Source: Candidatus Dojkabacteria bacterium (GTDB taxonomy: Bacteria; Patescibacteriota; Dojkabacteria; JAHIVN01). From it: a DNA stretch of 64,000 bases. Position 1 is the stretch's first letter. Each line of letters begins with the position of its first letter. Positions 10,842 to 20,044 of the stretch are shown in pieces. The stretch is from assembly GCA_016932045.1 (NCBI GenBank), contig JAFGDO010000023.1, positions 42,337 through 106,336 of the forward strand, given 5' to 3'. The position numbers were made by a program, and so were the translations under genes. The notes under the pieces are model-generated. The model worked only from the letters and a program-made list of their open reading frames with translations. It had not been told where the DNA came from and searched no databases.

Positions 10842-11141
10842 ATGCAGAAGATCAGAATTAAGATAAAAGGATATGACCCCAAGGTTGTTGATAATGCGGC
10901 TTCACAGATTATTGAAACCGCGCTAAGGACAGGGGCGAAAACAGTAGGTCCTATCCCACTACCGACGAGGATTCGGCGTTTTACAGTAAATAGGTCGCCA
11001 CATGTAGATGCGAAGTCTAAGGAACATTTCGAGATGAGGACACATAAAAGATTGGTTGAGATCGTTGACCCAAATAGTAAAACCATTGATTCTTTGACTC
11101 ACCTGCAACTTGCAGCTGGTGTTGGTGTGGAAATAAAATAG
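10842..11141 (+). CDS. rpsJ: 30S ribosomal protein S10
   Basis: [17 protein letters not shown]. Confidence 0.98.
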   Translation: MQKIRIKIKGYDPKVVDNAASQIIETALRTGAKTVGPIPLPTRIRRFTVNRSPHVDAKSKEHFEMRTHKRLVEIVDPNSKTIDSLTHLQLAAGVGVEIK

Positions 11142-11163
11142 ACTCAAAAATAGATGACATATT

Positions 11164-11244
11164 TTTGGTTAATACTGTTCTTATGATCTGAGGATAAGTT
11201 ACCAAAGTAATTATACTGAGGGGCTTGTCCCCTCATTTTATTTT
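11164..11244 (+). promoter_or_regulatory. Two hairpins, the second terminator-like, between rpsJ and rplC
   Basis: Interrupted stem TTTGGT..TGTTCTT/GAGGATA..ACCAAA (11164-11206), then TGAGGGG-CTTGT-CCCCTCA followed by TTTTATTTT. Confidence 0.55.
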
Positions 11245-11260
11245 ATAGTAGTAATAATTT

Positions 11261-11887
11261 TTGACAATGAATATGATTCTTGGGAAGAAAAAGGAGATGA
11301 CACAAATTTTTCTTGATAGCGGTGCTGTGGTCCCATGTACTATCATTGATGTTTCGGGTGTAGCTGTAGTTGGAAAGCGTACAAAAGAAAGGGATGGTTA
11401 TGAAGCGATCATTTTGGGTATGGGGAGGAAACGCAGAGCAAAGAAGGTTGAAGAAGGTGTTTATAAGGATTTAAAATTTGTTCCCAAAGTGGTGTCTGAA
11501 TTTAGGATCTCGAAAGATACAGATAGTGAAGGACTTAAAATTGGAGAGGACGTAAAGATCGAGAATTTCAAGACAGGGGAAAAGGTCGATATTAGCGGAG
11601 TTACAAAGGGAAAAGGTTTTCAAGGTGTTGTAAGAAGATGGGGGTTCAAAGGAGGTTCAAGGACTAGAGGGCAGTCAGATAAGCAAAGACATGGCGGATC
11701 TATAGGTGCAGGTACTGATCCGGGGAGAGTGTTTAAAGGTAAAAAAATGCCTGGTCGCATGGGAGGAGAAGTTATGACAATTAGAAATCTTGAAATAGTT
11801 AAGGTTGATACCGAAAATGCTCTATTGTGTGTCAAGGGTGCAGTGCCAGGTGGGAGACACAGCGTACTCAGGATAACCAAGGCTTAG
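11261..11887 (+). CDS. rplC: 50S ribosomal protein L3
   Basis: MTQIF, DGYEA, KGKGFQG, GSIG, MPGRMG, GAVPG. Confidence 0.98.
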   Translation: MTMNMILGKKKEMTQIFLDSGAVVPCTIIDVSGVAVVGKRTKERDGYEAIILGMGRKRRAKKVEEGVYKDLKFVPKVVSEFRISKDTDSEGLKIGEDVKIENFKTGEKVDISGVTKGKGFQGVVRRWGFKGGSRTRGQSDKQRHGGSIGAGTDPGRVFKGKKMPGRMGGEVMTIRNLEIVKVDTENALLCVKGAVPGGRHSVLRITKA

Positions 11888-11903
11888 TTGTTTTTTTTAT
11901 ATT

Positions 11904-12452
11904 ATGAAAAAGATTATAGCTATTTTTTTGATTATATTGTTCTTTTTGTTGCTTGGTCTTTTAGTCAAAACTTATTTAGATATAGAGGATGCAAAAGTCT
12001 ATATCGAGTTCGTAATGAATTCTGCTAATAATTGTCTTGTAAAGGTCGAGGAAATGAATCGCAATTTAAATGAATTTCAATATAATGAGGAAGAGACCCA
12101 AGATATCGGAGAGTTGGAGAGTAGCTTAGAAGATTTGAAAAGGACCTATGATGATATAAATAGTCAGAAAGAGAATTATGTTATTCCTTATGAGGCCCAA
12201 GGTGTTGATGAGGAGTTGGGGAGATATCTAGAGAATGTTGGGAATGTCATTAGTTCATATGAAGGATTATTAGATGCTATAAATAACCTCGAAGAAAAAG
12301 CTGACTTCGAGGATAAGTTGGAAATATATATAGGAAATTCTAACGAATTACAGCTTGAGGCAGATCAGCTTGAAGGAGAATTAACTGAGTATGTTGACTC
12401 TTACACCAAATTTGATCTTAATAGGGTTATAAATGCAATTAAATCTATATAG
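11904..12452 (+). CDS. Hypothetical protein with N-terminal TM anchor and acidic helical domain, inserted in the S10 operon
   Basis: MKK plus hydrophobic stretch, then Glu/Asp-rich helical region; fills the rplC-rplD gap and overlaps rplD by 20 nt. Confidence 0.8.
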   Translation: MKKIIAIFLIILFFLLLGLLVKTYLDIEDAKVYIEFVMNSANNCLVKVEEMNRNLNEFQYNEEETQDIGELESSLEDLKRTYDDINSQKENYVIPYEAQGVDEELGRYLENVGNVISSYEGLLDAINNLEEKADFEDKLEIYIGNSNELQLEADQLEGELTEYVDSYTKFDLNRVINAIKSI

Positions 12453-13317
12453 TTCAAAAGGTACAAAATTAAACACGAAGATTCAGCTTGACGAGTCTGT
12501 TTTTAACGTAAAGGTTAACAAGCACCTCCTAGGACTTGCGGTCGATGTTTATCAGAAAGGACAAAGACAGTCAACTGCTCATACAAAAAAGAGGGGAGAG
12601 GTTCGTGGTGGAGGAGTAAAGCCTTGGAGACAAAAAGGTACCGGAAGAGCAAGAGCAGGATCGATTAGGAGTCCGATATGGAAAGGTGGGGGAGTTGTGT
12701 TTGGTCCTAGGACGGAAAGAAACTATAAACAAAAACTTTCAAGGAAGATGAGAAAAGGTGCTATCCGAAGTGCTCTTTCATATTTTACAAAGGAAAAGAA
12801 ATTAATTCTACTTGAAGGAATAGAATTTAAGTCAGATAGGCTAACCAAGCATGTGGTTGAAATGACAGAAAAGTTGCCCGTGGGTGAGAAAGTACTGTAT
12901 ATACAAAAGGGAGACTTAAAAAATTTGTATCTGGGATGTAGAAATCTTAAGAAGGTAAATGTTATTCCTGTGAATGAAATAGATGTCTATACACTGCTTA
13001 ATCATGATTATATAATCATACTCAAAGATGCTTTGGCGGACATGAGTAAATACTGGGGTGAAAAAAAGAGGGGTAAGAAGGAGGAGCAAGTCACTTCGAA
13101 AGTAGAAAAGAAAACAGAAATAAGAAAAGTTGGGAAAAAAGCCAGTGTGTCGGTGGAAGATCTTGGCCTATCGGCAAGAGTAATAGGAGCTCTCAAGAGT
13201 AGTAAAATACTTAGTAAAGATCAGTTAATAAAAGCTATCAAAAATGATGACAAAATAAATGGTGTTGGCAAAAAAAGTTTAGACGAGATAAGGCAAATTT
13301 TAAAAATTAAGAAATAA
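12433..13317 (+). CDS. rplD: 50S ribosomal protein L4 with C-terminal alpha-CTD-like extension
   Basis: KPWRQKGTGRARAGS, GGGVVFGP; about 85 extra C-terminal residues. Confidence 0.97.
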   Translation: MQLNLYSSKGTKLNTKIQLDESVFNVKVNKHLLGLAVDVYQKGQRQSTAHTKKRGEVRGGGVKPWRQKGTGRARAGSIRSPIWKGGGVVFGPRTERNYKQKLSRKMRKGAIRSALSYFTKEKKLILLEGIEFKSDRLTKHVVEMTEKLPVGEKVLYIQKGDLKNLYLGCRNLKKVNVIPVNEIDVYTLLNHDYIIILKDALADMSKYWGEKKRGKKEEQVTSKVEKKTEIRKVGKKASVSVEDLGLSARVIGALKSSKILSKDQLIKAIKNDDKINGVGKKSLDEIRQILKIKK

Positions 13318-13319
13318 AT

Positions 13320-13622
13320 ATGGCGACTACTATGAAATTTGACATATTGATAAGACCAGTAATAACTGAAAAAAGTTTAAAACTTGTGGACGAGAAAAAC
13401 CAGTATACATTTGTGGTTAGCTCATTTTCAAATAAGACAGATGTCAAGAAGGCTATTGAAAAGAAATTTAAAGTGAATGTTCTGAAGGTAAGAATAGTAA
13501 GTGTTGAGGGAGGAAGAGTCTTATGGGGGAAAAGAAGGATATCTGGAAGAAAGAAAGACTATAAAAAAGCTATTGTGACGCTAAAGAGTTCTGATTCTAT
13601 TGATCTATTTAAGGTAAAATAA
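13320..13622 (+). CDS. rplW: 50S ribosomal protein L23
   Basis: RPVITEKS, KKAIVTL; operon order. Confidence 0.96.
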   Translation: MATTMKFDILIRPVITEKSLKLVDEKNQYTFVVSSFSNKTDVKKAIEKKFKVNVLKVRIVSVEGGRVLWGKRRISGRKKDYKKAIVTLKSSDSIDLFKVK

Positions 13623-13654
13623 TTTGTAAGTTAAGAAAGAATCTAAGTTCTATT

Positions 13655-14503
13655 ATGGCATTAAAAAAGTATAAACCAAAAACACCGAGTTTAAGGCATA
13701 CTGTACTGGTGGATACGCGGGCATTGGCCAAGAAAAGGCCAATGAAATCTTTAGTACAGGCAGTTGACTACAAGGCTGGTAGAAGAAAGGGCAGGATAAC
13801 TGTAAGGCATAAAGGTGGAAGGGTAAAGAGGTTATACAGAGTTATAGATTTTAAACGTGAGAAAATTGATGTTCCAGCTACTGTGGAATCGATAGAATAC
13901 GATCCAAATAGGTCATCAAACATTGCATTGCTAAAATACAAAGATGGAGAGAGGAGATATATATTGGCACCGGCAGGTTTGAAGGAGGGATCTCAGGTCA
14001 TATCAGGGGAGGATGTACCTGTAAAAGTTGGAAATGCAACTAAACTGAAAAATATACAAAGTGGTATAAAGGTTCATAATGTTGAATTAAAGGCTGGAGG
14101 TGGAGGGAAATTATGCAGATCGGCTGGTAACTCTGCTCTTGTGATGGGAGGCGATAAGAATTATGTCCAACTAAGAATGCCAAGTGGTGAGATTAGGTTA
14201 GTTCACGAGGATTGTTATGCGACAATAGGGGAGGTAGGAAATGTTGATCATGGTAATGTGAAACTTGGCAAGGCCGGTAGAAAAAGAAGACTTGGAATTA
14301 GACCAACAGTAAGAGGGCAGGTCATGGGGGCACAAGAACATCCTCATGGAGGTGGAGAGGCGAAACACAGGGTTGGTGGGCAGAGAAAAAGTATTTATGG
14401 ACATAGGATGGGCGTCAAAACAAGAAAAACTAAGCGTACTAACAAGTATATTATAAAGAGAAGGACTACAAAGAGAAGATCAAAAGTAAAAAAATTAAAG
14501 TAA
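13655..14503 (+). CDS. rplB: 50S ribosomal protein L2
   Basis: YRVIDFKR, IEYDPNR, HPHGGGE. Confidence 0.98.
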   Translation: MALKKYKPKTPSLRHTVLVDTRALAKKRPMKSLVQAVDYKAGRRKGRITVRHKGGRVKRLYRVIDFKREKIDVPATVESIEYDPNRSSNIALLKYKDGERRYILAPAGLKEGSQVISGEDVPVKVGNATKLKNIQSGIKVHNVELKAGGGGKLCRSAGNSALVMGGDKNYVQLRMPSGEIRLVHEDCYATIGEVGNVDHGNVKLGKAGRKRRLGIRPTVRGQVMGAQEHPHGGGEAKHRVGGQRKSIYGHRMGVKTRKTKRTNKYIIKRRTTKRRSKVKKLK

Positions 14504-14538
14504 TCTGAGTGAATTCAATAATTTATTAATAGATATAA

Positions 14539-14844
14539 ATGGCTAGATCAAGTAAAAAAGGACCATATATTGATCAGAGGTTGTTGGAAAAGGTACTAAA
14601 AGCGAAAGGCGAAGGAGCGAAGAAGCCTATTAGAACGTGGGCAAGGGCTTCGTCTATCTCTCCTGAGATGGTAGGAGTAACTTTTGATGTGCACAATGGA
14701 AAGACTTTTATACCTGTTTTTGTTACTGAGTCAATGGTGGGTCATAAATTAGGTGAATTTGCTCATACAAGAAGGTTTACCGGACATAGTAAGAAAGGTA
14801 AAATTGCAAAGGTAACAGGCACGGTGGGAAGAATTGAAGAGTAA
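14539..14844 (+). CDS. rpsS: 30S ribosomal protein S19
   Basis: [14 protein letters not shown]. Confidence 0.98.
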   Translation: MARSSKKGPYIDQRLLEKVLKAKGEGAKKPIRTWARASSISPEMVGVTFDVHNGKTFIPVFVTESMVGHKLGEFAHTRRFTGHSKKGKIAKVTGTVGRIEE

Positions 14845-14921
14845 AATGGAATTATTGAGTTAATAGAATAATTCAGAGTAATGAGTTATTTAGAATTTTT
14901 ATTAAAGTCTTTTTGTAAGAA

Positions 14922-15407
14922 ATGCCGGATAATAAAGCTAAAAGTAAACAAGTGAACAATAAAGAGACAAAGAAAGTCCAGAAAGGACCTTCAAAAAAGA
15001 AGGTTGCAAAAAGAATAAATACGCCCGATAAAAAAAGAGTTAGTAAAACCAAGGAGTCAGGCGGAGATGAGTCAAAAGTAGTATATGCAGTGGAGAAGTA
15101 TTTAAATATATCTGCCCGAAAAGCAAGGCTAGTGGTTGATTTGGTGCGGGGCGGAAATGCTCTTGATGCAGTTAAGAGTTTAGAATTTTTGAATAAGAAA
15201 GCTGCTTTATTTGTAAAGAAGGCAGTTGAATCAGCTGTATCAAATGCAGTAAACAATTTTGAAATGAACAAGGATAAGTTATTTATAGTTGAAGCATTTA
15301 TCGACGAAGCGCCAACATTTAAGCGAGGTAGAGCAGGCTCAAGGGGTAGGTACAAAAAGATTCTAAAAAGGAATTGTCATATAAAAATTGGAGTAGCAGA
15401 GAAATAA
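14922..15407 (+). CDS. rplV: 50S ribosomal protein L22 with Lys-rich N-terminal extension
   Basis: SARKARLVVDLVRG, SAVSNA; operon order. Confidence 0.96.
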   Translation: MPDNKAKSKQVNNKETKKVQKGPSKKKVAKRINTPDKKRVSKTKESGGDESKVVYAVEKYLNISARKARLVVDLVRGGNALDAVKSLEFLNKKAALFVKKAVESAVSNAVNNFEMNKDKLFIVEAFIDEAPTFKRGRAGSRGRYKKILKRNCHIKIGVAEK

Positions 15408-15480
15408 TTTAAGACTATTGAGTGACTAGAAGATAAAAAGTTTAATTTTAAAAATTACTTTAACAGTATAAATCTTAACT

Positions 15481-16116
15481 ATGGGACAGAAAATAAACGC
15501 AACGGGTTTAAGGGTGGGTATAAAAAAGGACTGGACATCAGTCTGGTATACATCTAAGGATAAATATGGAGAGACTGTTTACCAGGATTATATAATAAGG
15601 AAGTTTATTAGGAAGGAGCTCAGATCAGCTGGAGTTGATAGTATAGAGATAAGGAGATATATGAAAAAGGTAGAGATAGAAATCCGTGTAGCAAGACCTG
15701 GTGTTGTGATTGGAAGAGGGGGGACACAGATAGAGAAACTAAAAGAATCAATCAATAAGCTAGTCGATAATAAGGTTGAACTTAAGATTGTTGAGGTAAA
15801 AGATCCGGAAGTATCAGCACAGTTAATTGCTGATCGGCTTGTAGAACAACTTGAAAGGCGTGTCGTTCCAAAGTTCGTTATGACGAAAGAGCTTGAAAAA
15901 GCAGTTGCTACAGGTAAAGTTAGGGGAATTAGAATATGGGTATCAGGTAGGATAAAGGGAGCTGAAATTGCAAGGACAGAAAAGGTACAATGGGGAACAA
16001 TACCACTGCAGACCTTGGAGGCGGATATTACTTATGCCACATCTGAAGCTCAAGTACCAAACGCCGGTAAGCAGGGAGTAAAGGTTTGGATTTATAAGGG
16101 AAAAGAGAAGAGGTAA
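15481..16116 (+). CDS. rpsC: 30S ribosomal protein S3
   Basis: MGQK, RPGVVIG, GAEIAR, GVKVWIY. Confidence 0.98.
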   Translation: MGQKINATGLRVGIKKDWTSVWYTSKDKYGETVYQDYIIRKFIRKELRSAGVDSIEIRRYMKKVEIEIRVARPGVVIGRGGTQIEKLKESINKLVDNKVELKIVEVKDPEVSAQLIADRLVEQLERRVVPKFVMTKELEKAVATGKVRGIRIWVSGRIKGAEIARTEKVQWGTIPLQTLEADITYATSEAQVPNAGKQGVKVWIYKGKEKR

Positions 16117-16182
16117 AGGGCAAAGGGTGAGAGGTAGAAGGAGTTTTGCCTAATTAGATCAATATTAATAATAGATAAAACT

Positions 16183-16587
16183 ATGTTACAACCTAGAAAA
16201 GAAAAGTATCGGAAAAAATTTAGGGGTAAAATGCGTGGAAAATCGCAAAGAGCTAACAAAGTGACTACAGGAGAGTATGGTCTCAAGGCAGTCACAAGAG
16301 GATGGGTGAGTTCAAATCAGTTGGAATCCGCAAGAAAAAGTATTGCTCACTACACAAAACGTAAAGGTAAGTTATGGGTAAGGATTTTTCCCGATAAGTC
16401 TTATACAACTAAGCCAGCAGAAGTGAAGATGGGAGGAGGAAAGGGTGACATAGCAGGGTATGTTGCTGTTGTGAAGCCAGGGCGTATAATATTTGAGCTC
16501 AGTGGAATTGAAGAATCAGTTGCGAAAGAAGCTCTAAGAAGGGCCGGACACAAGGTAACTATTAAAACAAAGTTTGTAAAGAAATAA
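16183..16587 (+). CDS. rplP: 50S ribosomal protein L16
   Basis: MLQP, WVRIFPD, MGGGKG. Confidence 0.98.
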   Translation: MLQPRKEKYRKKFRGKMRGKSQRANKVTTGEYGLKAVTRGWVSSNQLESARKSIAHYTKRKGKLWVRIFPDKSYTTKPAEVKMGGGKGDIAGYVAVVKPGRIIFELSGIEESVAKEALRRAGHKVTIKTKFVKK

Positions 16588-16589
16588 AG

Positions 16590-16928
16590 ATGAGTTCCAA
16601 AAAATACAAAAAGATGACAATTGAAGAACTGTTAGAAAGTGTCGATAAACAAAGAGAAGATCTTGCTCAGTTGTGTTTTGATGTTGGTATAGGAAGAGAG
16701 AAAGATTATGCACAAGTAAAAACAGAAAAGAGGAAACTAGCTACCATGCTAACTGTGTTGAAAGAAAGACGGGCAGAGAAGTCTATTCCTTCTCCTAATA
16801 AAGAAAAAACGACAAAAAAGGGGTCCAAAGATGATGATAAGACAAAACAAAAGGTAATAGAAAAAGAACATAAATTAGATAAATCAAAAAGAAATGAAAA
16901 AAACAAACAAAAGACAACAAAAAAATAA
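16590..16928 (+). CDS. rpmC: 50S ribosomal protein L29 with Lys-rich C-terminal extension
   Basis: Position between rplP and rpsQ; KRKLATMLTVLKER resembles the L29 C-terminal helix. Confidence 0.85.
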   Translation: MSSKKYKKMTIEELLESVDKQREDLAQLCFDVGIGREKDYAQVKTEKRKLATMLTVLKERRAEKSIPSPNKEKTTKKGSKDDDKTKQKVIEKEHKLDKSKRNEKNKQKTTKK

Positions 16929-17196
16929 AGAATATGAACAAGAAAGTAGGAGTAGGAAGAAGGTTCTACAGGGGGAAGTTGTAAGCAATAAGATGCTAAA
17001 TACTGTCGTAGTGAAGGTTACTAGTCGCAATGCTGATCCATTGTACGGGAAGATTATTACAAGATCAAAGAAATACAAAGCCCATACAAATGAGGATATA
17101 AAGGTTGGCACAATAGTGAGCATAGAGCAGTGTAGGCCAATTTCAAAAGCAAAGAGATGGAGGGTTATTCCCAATATTGACGGAAAAGAAAGTTGA
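16894..17196 (+). CDS. rpsQ: 30S ribosomal protein S17
   Basis: GEVVSNKM..TVVV, PLYGK, RPISK.KRW. Confidence 0.96.
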   Translation: MKKTNKRQQKNKEYEQESRSRKKVLQGEVVSNKMLNTVVVKVTSRNADPLYGKIITRSKKYKAHTNEDIKVGTIVSIEQCRPISKAKRWRVIPNIDGKES

Positions 17197-17227
17197 TAGT
17201 ATATAATTTTGAATAAATGAATAAAAA

Positions 17228-17611
17228 GTGATACAGTCACAAAGTAAGTTAAAAATAGCTGATAATACGGGGGTGAAGTTTGTTAAAGTGATTTCTATTC
17301 GTGGAAGGCAAAAAGGAGGAGGGTATCAAAGGTTTGGTGGTGTAGGAGATATTGTTAGTGCTTCGGTAATAAAGGCTTTGCCGAATTCAACTATCTCTGA
17401 ACATGAAAAGGTACATGTTGTTATTGTTCGAACCAAAAAGGAATGTCGAAGGAAAGACGGGAGTTATTTACGGTTTGATGATAATGCAGGTGTAATTATT
17501 GATTTAGATAATAGAGCTCCGATTGGGACAAGAGTTCTAGGTCCAGTTGCTCGTGAACTAAAGGTGAAAGGTTTTACCAAAATCATAAGTTTAGCACCAG
17601 AAGTATTATAG
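17228..17611 (+). CDS. rplN: 50S ribosomal protein L14
   Basis: ADNTG, FDDNA, GPVAREL, SLAPEVL. Confidence 0.98.
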   Translation: MIQSQSKLKIADNTGVKFVKVISIRGRQKGGGYQRFGGVGDIVSASVIKALPNSTISEHEKVHVVIVRTKKECRRKDGSYLRFDDNAGVIIDLDNRAPIGTRVLGPVARELKVKGFTKIISLAPEVL

Positions 17612-17636
17612 TGACTTTATTTTTAATAGTTTCAAT

Positions 17637-17951
17637 GTGAAGGTTAAAAAAGGAGACACAGTGAAAGTAATATCTGGAAAGGATCGTGGAAAGATAGGTA
17701 CGGTTTCTATGGTATTAAGGAAAAGTGGGAAGATTGTAGTTGAAAAAGTAAATGTAGTTAAGAAGCATAAGAAGCAGACTGGAGAGCAGAAGGATCAGGG
17801 TGGGATTATTGAGGTTGAGTCTCCAATCCCTCAAGGCAAAGTGATGATTGTTTGCTCAAAATGCAATAAGCCCACTAGGATAGGCTATAAGAAGCAGACA
17901 GATAAAAAGGTCAGAATTTGTAAAAAATGCGATAAGGTTCTAGACGAATAA
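17637..17951 (+). CDS. rplX: 50S ribosomal protein L24
   Basis: KKGDTVKVISGKDRGK, GGII. Confidence 0.97.
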   Translation: MKVKKGDTVKVISGKDRGKIGTVSMVLRKSGKIVVEKVNVVKKHKKQTGEQKDQGGIIEVESPIPQGKVMIVCSKCNKPTRIGYKKQTDKKVRICKKCDKVLDE

Positions 17952-17989
17952 TCTTTATTTATTATTCTGAAAAAAAGAAGTCTATAGTA

Positions 17990-18655
17990 ATGAGCGATTT
18001 GAAAGAGAAATATAAAAAAGAGATACTTCCTGAGCTCAAGAAGGAATTAAAAGTGAAGAACGACTTTGAGGTTCCAACGTTAAAACAAATTGTTGTGAAT
18101 ATCGGATTGGGCGAAGTCGTCAACAATAAGCAGGTTCTAGAGAAAGTATCCGAAGACTTGGCGGTCATAACAGGACAGAAGCCGCTTGTTACAAGAGCTA
18201 AAAAAGCAATTTCTAATTTCAAGATTAGAAAAGGTTTGGAGATTGGTTTGAAAATAGACTTGCGTAGCGATAGAATGTGGGACTTTTTTGAAAAGGTGGT
18301 AAGTATCGTACTACCAAGAATTAAGGATTTCAGAGGAGTTTCAAGAAAAGCTTTTGATGGATTCGGTAACTATTCTTTGGGTATAAGAGATCATACTGTT
18401 TTTCCAGAGATTGACCCGAACAAAGTGGATAAAATTCGTAGTTTTCAAATTAATATTATTACGACGGCTAGGAATGATAAGCAGGGCTTTCGGCTTTTAG
18501 AATTACTAGGAATGCCGTTTGCTAAAGTAGAAGACATGAGAATGATGGAGAAGATGCAGGAAGCTATTAGAAAAGAACGGAAGGAGCAAGAGAAGATGAA
18601 GGCTCAGCGACAGTCAGAGGGAAAAGATATCGAGGAAAGAAGAGTAGAGGAATAA
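17990..18655 (+). CDS. rplE: 50S ribosomal protein L5 with charged C-terminal extension
   Basis: ITGQKP, LPRIKDFRG, FDGFGNY, FPEI. Confidence 0.98.
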   Translation: MSDLKEKYKKEILPELKKELKVKNDFEVPTLKQIVVNIGLGEVVNNKQVLEKVSEDLAVITGQKPLVTRAKKAISNFKIRKGLEIGLKIDLRSDRMWDFFEKVVSIVLPRIKDFRGVSRKAFDGFGNYSLGIRDHTVFPEIDPNKVDKIRSFQINIITTARNDKQGFRLLELLGMPFAKVEDMRMMEKMQEAIRKERKEQEKMKAQRQSEGKDIEERRVEE

Positions 18656-18684
18656 ACTTAATTATAAATAGTTTAATTTAAATT

Positions 18685-18879
18685 ATGGCAAAGACATCGC
18701 AAGTAGAAAAAGCTAAGAAGCTAGAGAAGAAATCTAAGTATTCAACGCGGGTTTATCACCGCTGTAAGATATGCGGTAGAAGGCGAAGTTACTATAGATA
18801 TTTTAAGATGTGTAGGATTTGTTTCCGGAAGCTAGCTCACAAGGGCCAATTGCCAGGAGTTATGAAATCGAGTTGGTAG
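18685..18879 (+). CDS. rpsZ: 30S ribosomal protein S14, zinc-binding type
   Basis: RCKICGR, CRICFR, PGV.KSSW. Confidence 0.96.
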   Translation: MAKTSQVEKAKKLEKKSKYSTRVYHRCKICGRRRSYYRYFKMCRICFRKLAHKGQLPGVMKSSW

Positions 18880-18951
18880 CTTTAAATTAGTAGATAACTA
18901 CATAAAATAGAACAATAGTTAGATTTTTAATTAATAGACTCTTTTTAAATT

Positions 18952-19356
18952 ATGGTAACAGATATAATAGGAGATTTTCTAACAAGAATAAGAAATGCAT
19001 ATTTGAGAGGAAAAAAAGAGATAGAAATACCCTCTGCAAAAATGCTTATTTCTATTTCAAAAATCTTAAAAGAAGAGGGTTTTATTGCTGATTTTAAAGA
19101 AGGAAATGAAGGCAAAGACTCTCAACGGAGGATTCTAAAGCTTGAACTTAGATACGGAAATGGCAAAAAGTCTGTAATTCAAGGTATTAAAAGAATATCA
19201 AAGCCTGGTGTTAGAGTTTACACAGGATATAGAGATATACCAAGAGTTTTAAATGGTTTAGGTATTGTTATCCTTACAACACCTAAGGGTATCATGACTG
19301 GTGAAAAGGCGAAAAAAGAAAAAATCGGAGGAGAATTATTGTGTGAAGTCTGGTAG
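18952..19356 (+). CDS. rpsH: 30S ribosomal protein S8
   Basis: DFLTRIRNA, SKPGVRVY, GGEL. Confidence 0.98.
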   Translation: MVTDIIGDFLTRIRNAYLRGKKEIEIPSAKMLISISKILKEEGFIADFKEGNEGKDSQRRILKLELRYGNGKKSVIQGIKRISKPGVRVYTGYRDIPRVLNGLGIVILTTPKGIMTGEKAKKEKIGGELLCEVW

Positions 19357-19435
19357 ATGTATTAGTTCTTATTTTTATGAGTAGGGAAAGATAATTATCA
19401 CTATATATTTTAATTTTATTAATTGGTAATAGGAA

Positions 19436-20008
19436 ATGTCAAGGATTGGTATACAACCCATTGTGATTCCAGAAGGGGTTGATGTGAAAATTGAAGATAA
19501 CGGTAAGCTCGGAGGTCAAAAAGTAATAGTTAAAGGGCCATTAGGTGAACTTTTGGAAGAATTTAGACAAGGAATAAATTGTAAGGTTGAGAAAGATAAG
19601 ATTGTTTTAGAGAGGAAATCTGAGTCTAAAAAAGTGAGATCTCTTCATGGTCTTTATAGGACTTTGATAGACAATATGATTGTAGGAGTAACAAAAGGTT
19701 ATGAAAAAGATCTGGAGATGGTAGGAATAGGTTTCAGGGCTGAATTAAAAGGGAATTCTCTACATCTGGATGCAGGAGCGACACATCCATTTGTTTTTGA
19801 TCCTCCTCCTGGAATAAGTTTTGAAGTGAATGATAAGGTAAACATAAAAGTAAAAGGTACTGACAAGCAATTAGTTGGACAGCTTGCAGCCAGAATTAGA
19901 TCAGTTCATAAACCCGAGCCTTATCAAGGCAAAGGTATACGATATAAGGGTGAGTATGTTAGAAGGAAAGCCGGAAAAGCAGCTAAAGCCGCAGAAGGAG
20001 CTGAGTAG
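19436..20008 (+). CDS. rplF: 50S ribosomal protein L6
   Basis: MSRIG, KGPLG, PEPYQGKGIRY. Confidence 0.98.
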   Translation: MSRIGIQPIVIPEGVDVKIEDNGKLGGQKVIVKGPLGELLEEFRQGINCKVEKDKIVLERKSESKKVRSLHGLYRTLIDNMIVGVTKGYEKDLEMVGIGFRAELKGNSLHLDAGATHPFVFDPPPGISFEVNDKVNIKVKGTDKQLVGQLAARIRSVHKPEPYQGKGIRYKGEYVRRKAGKAAKAAEGAE

Positions 20009-20044
20009 AATTCTTTAAATAATAAATTTTAAAAGTAAGGAAAG

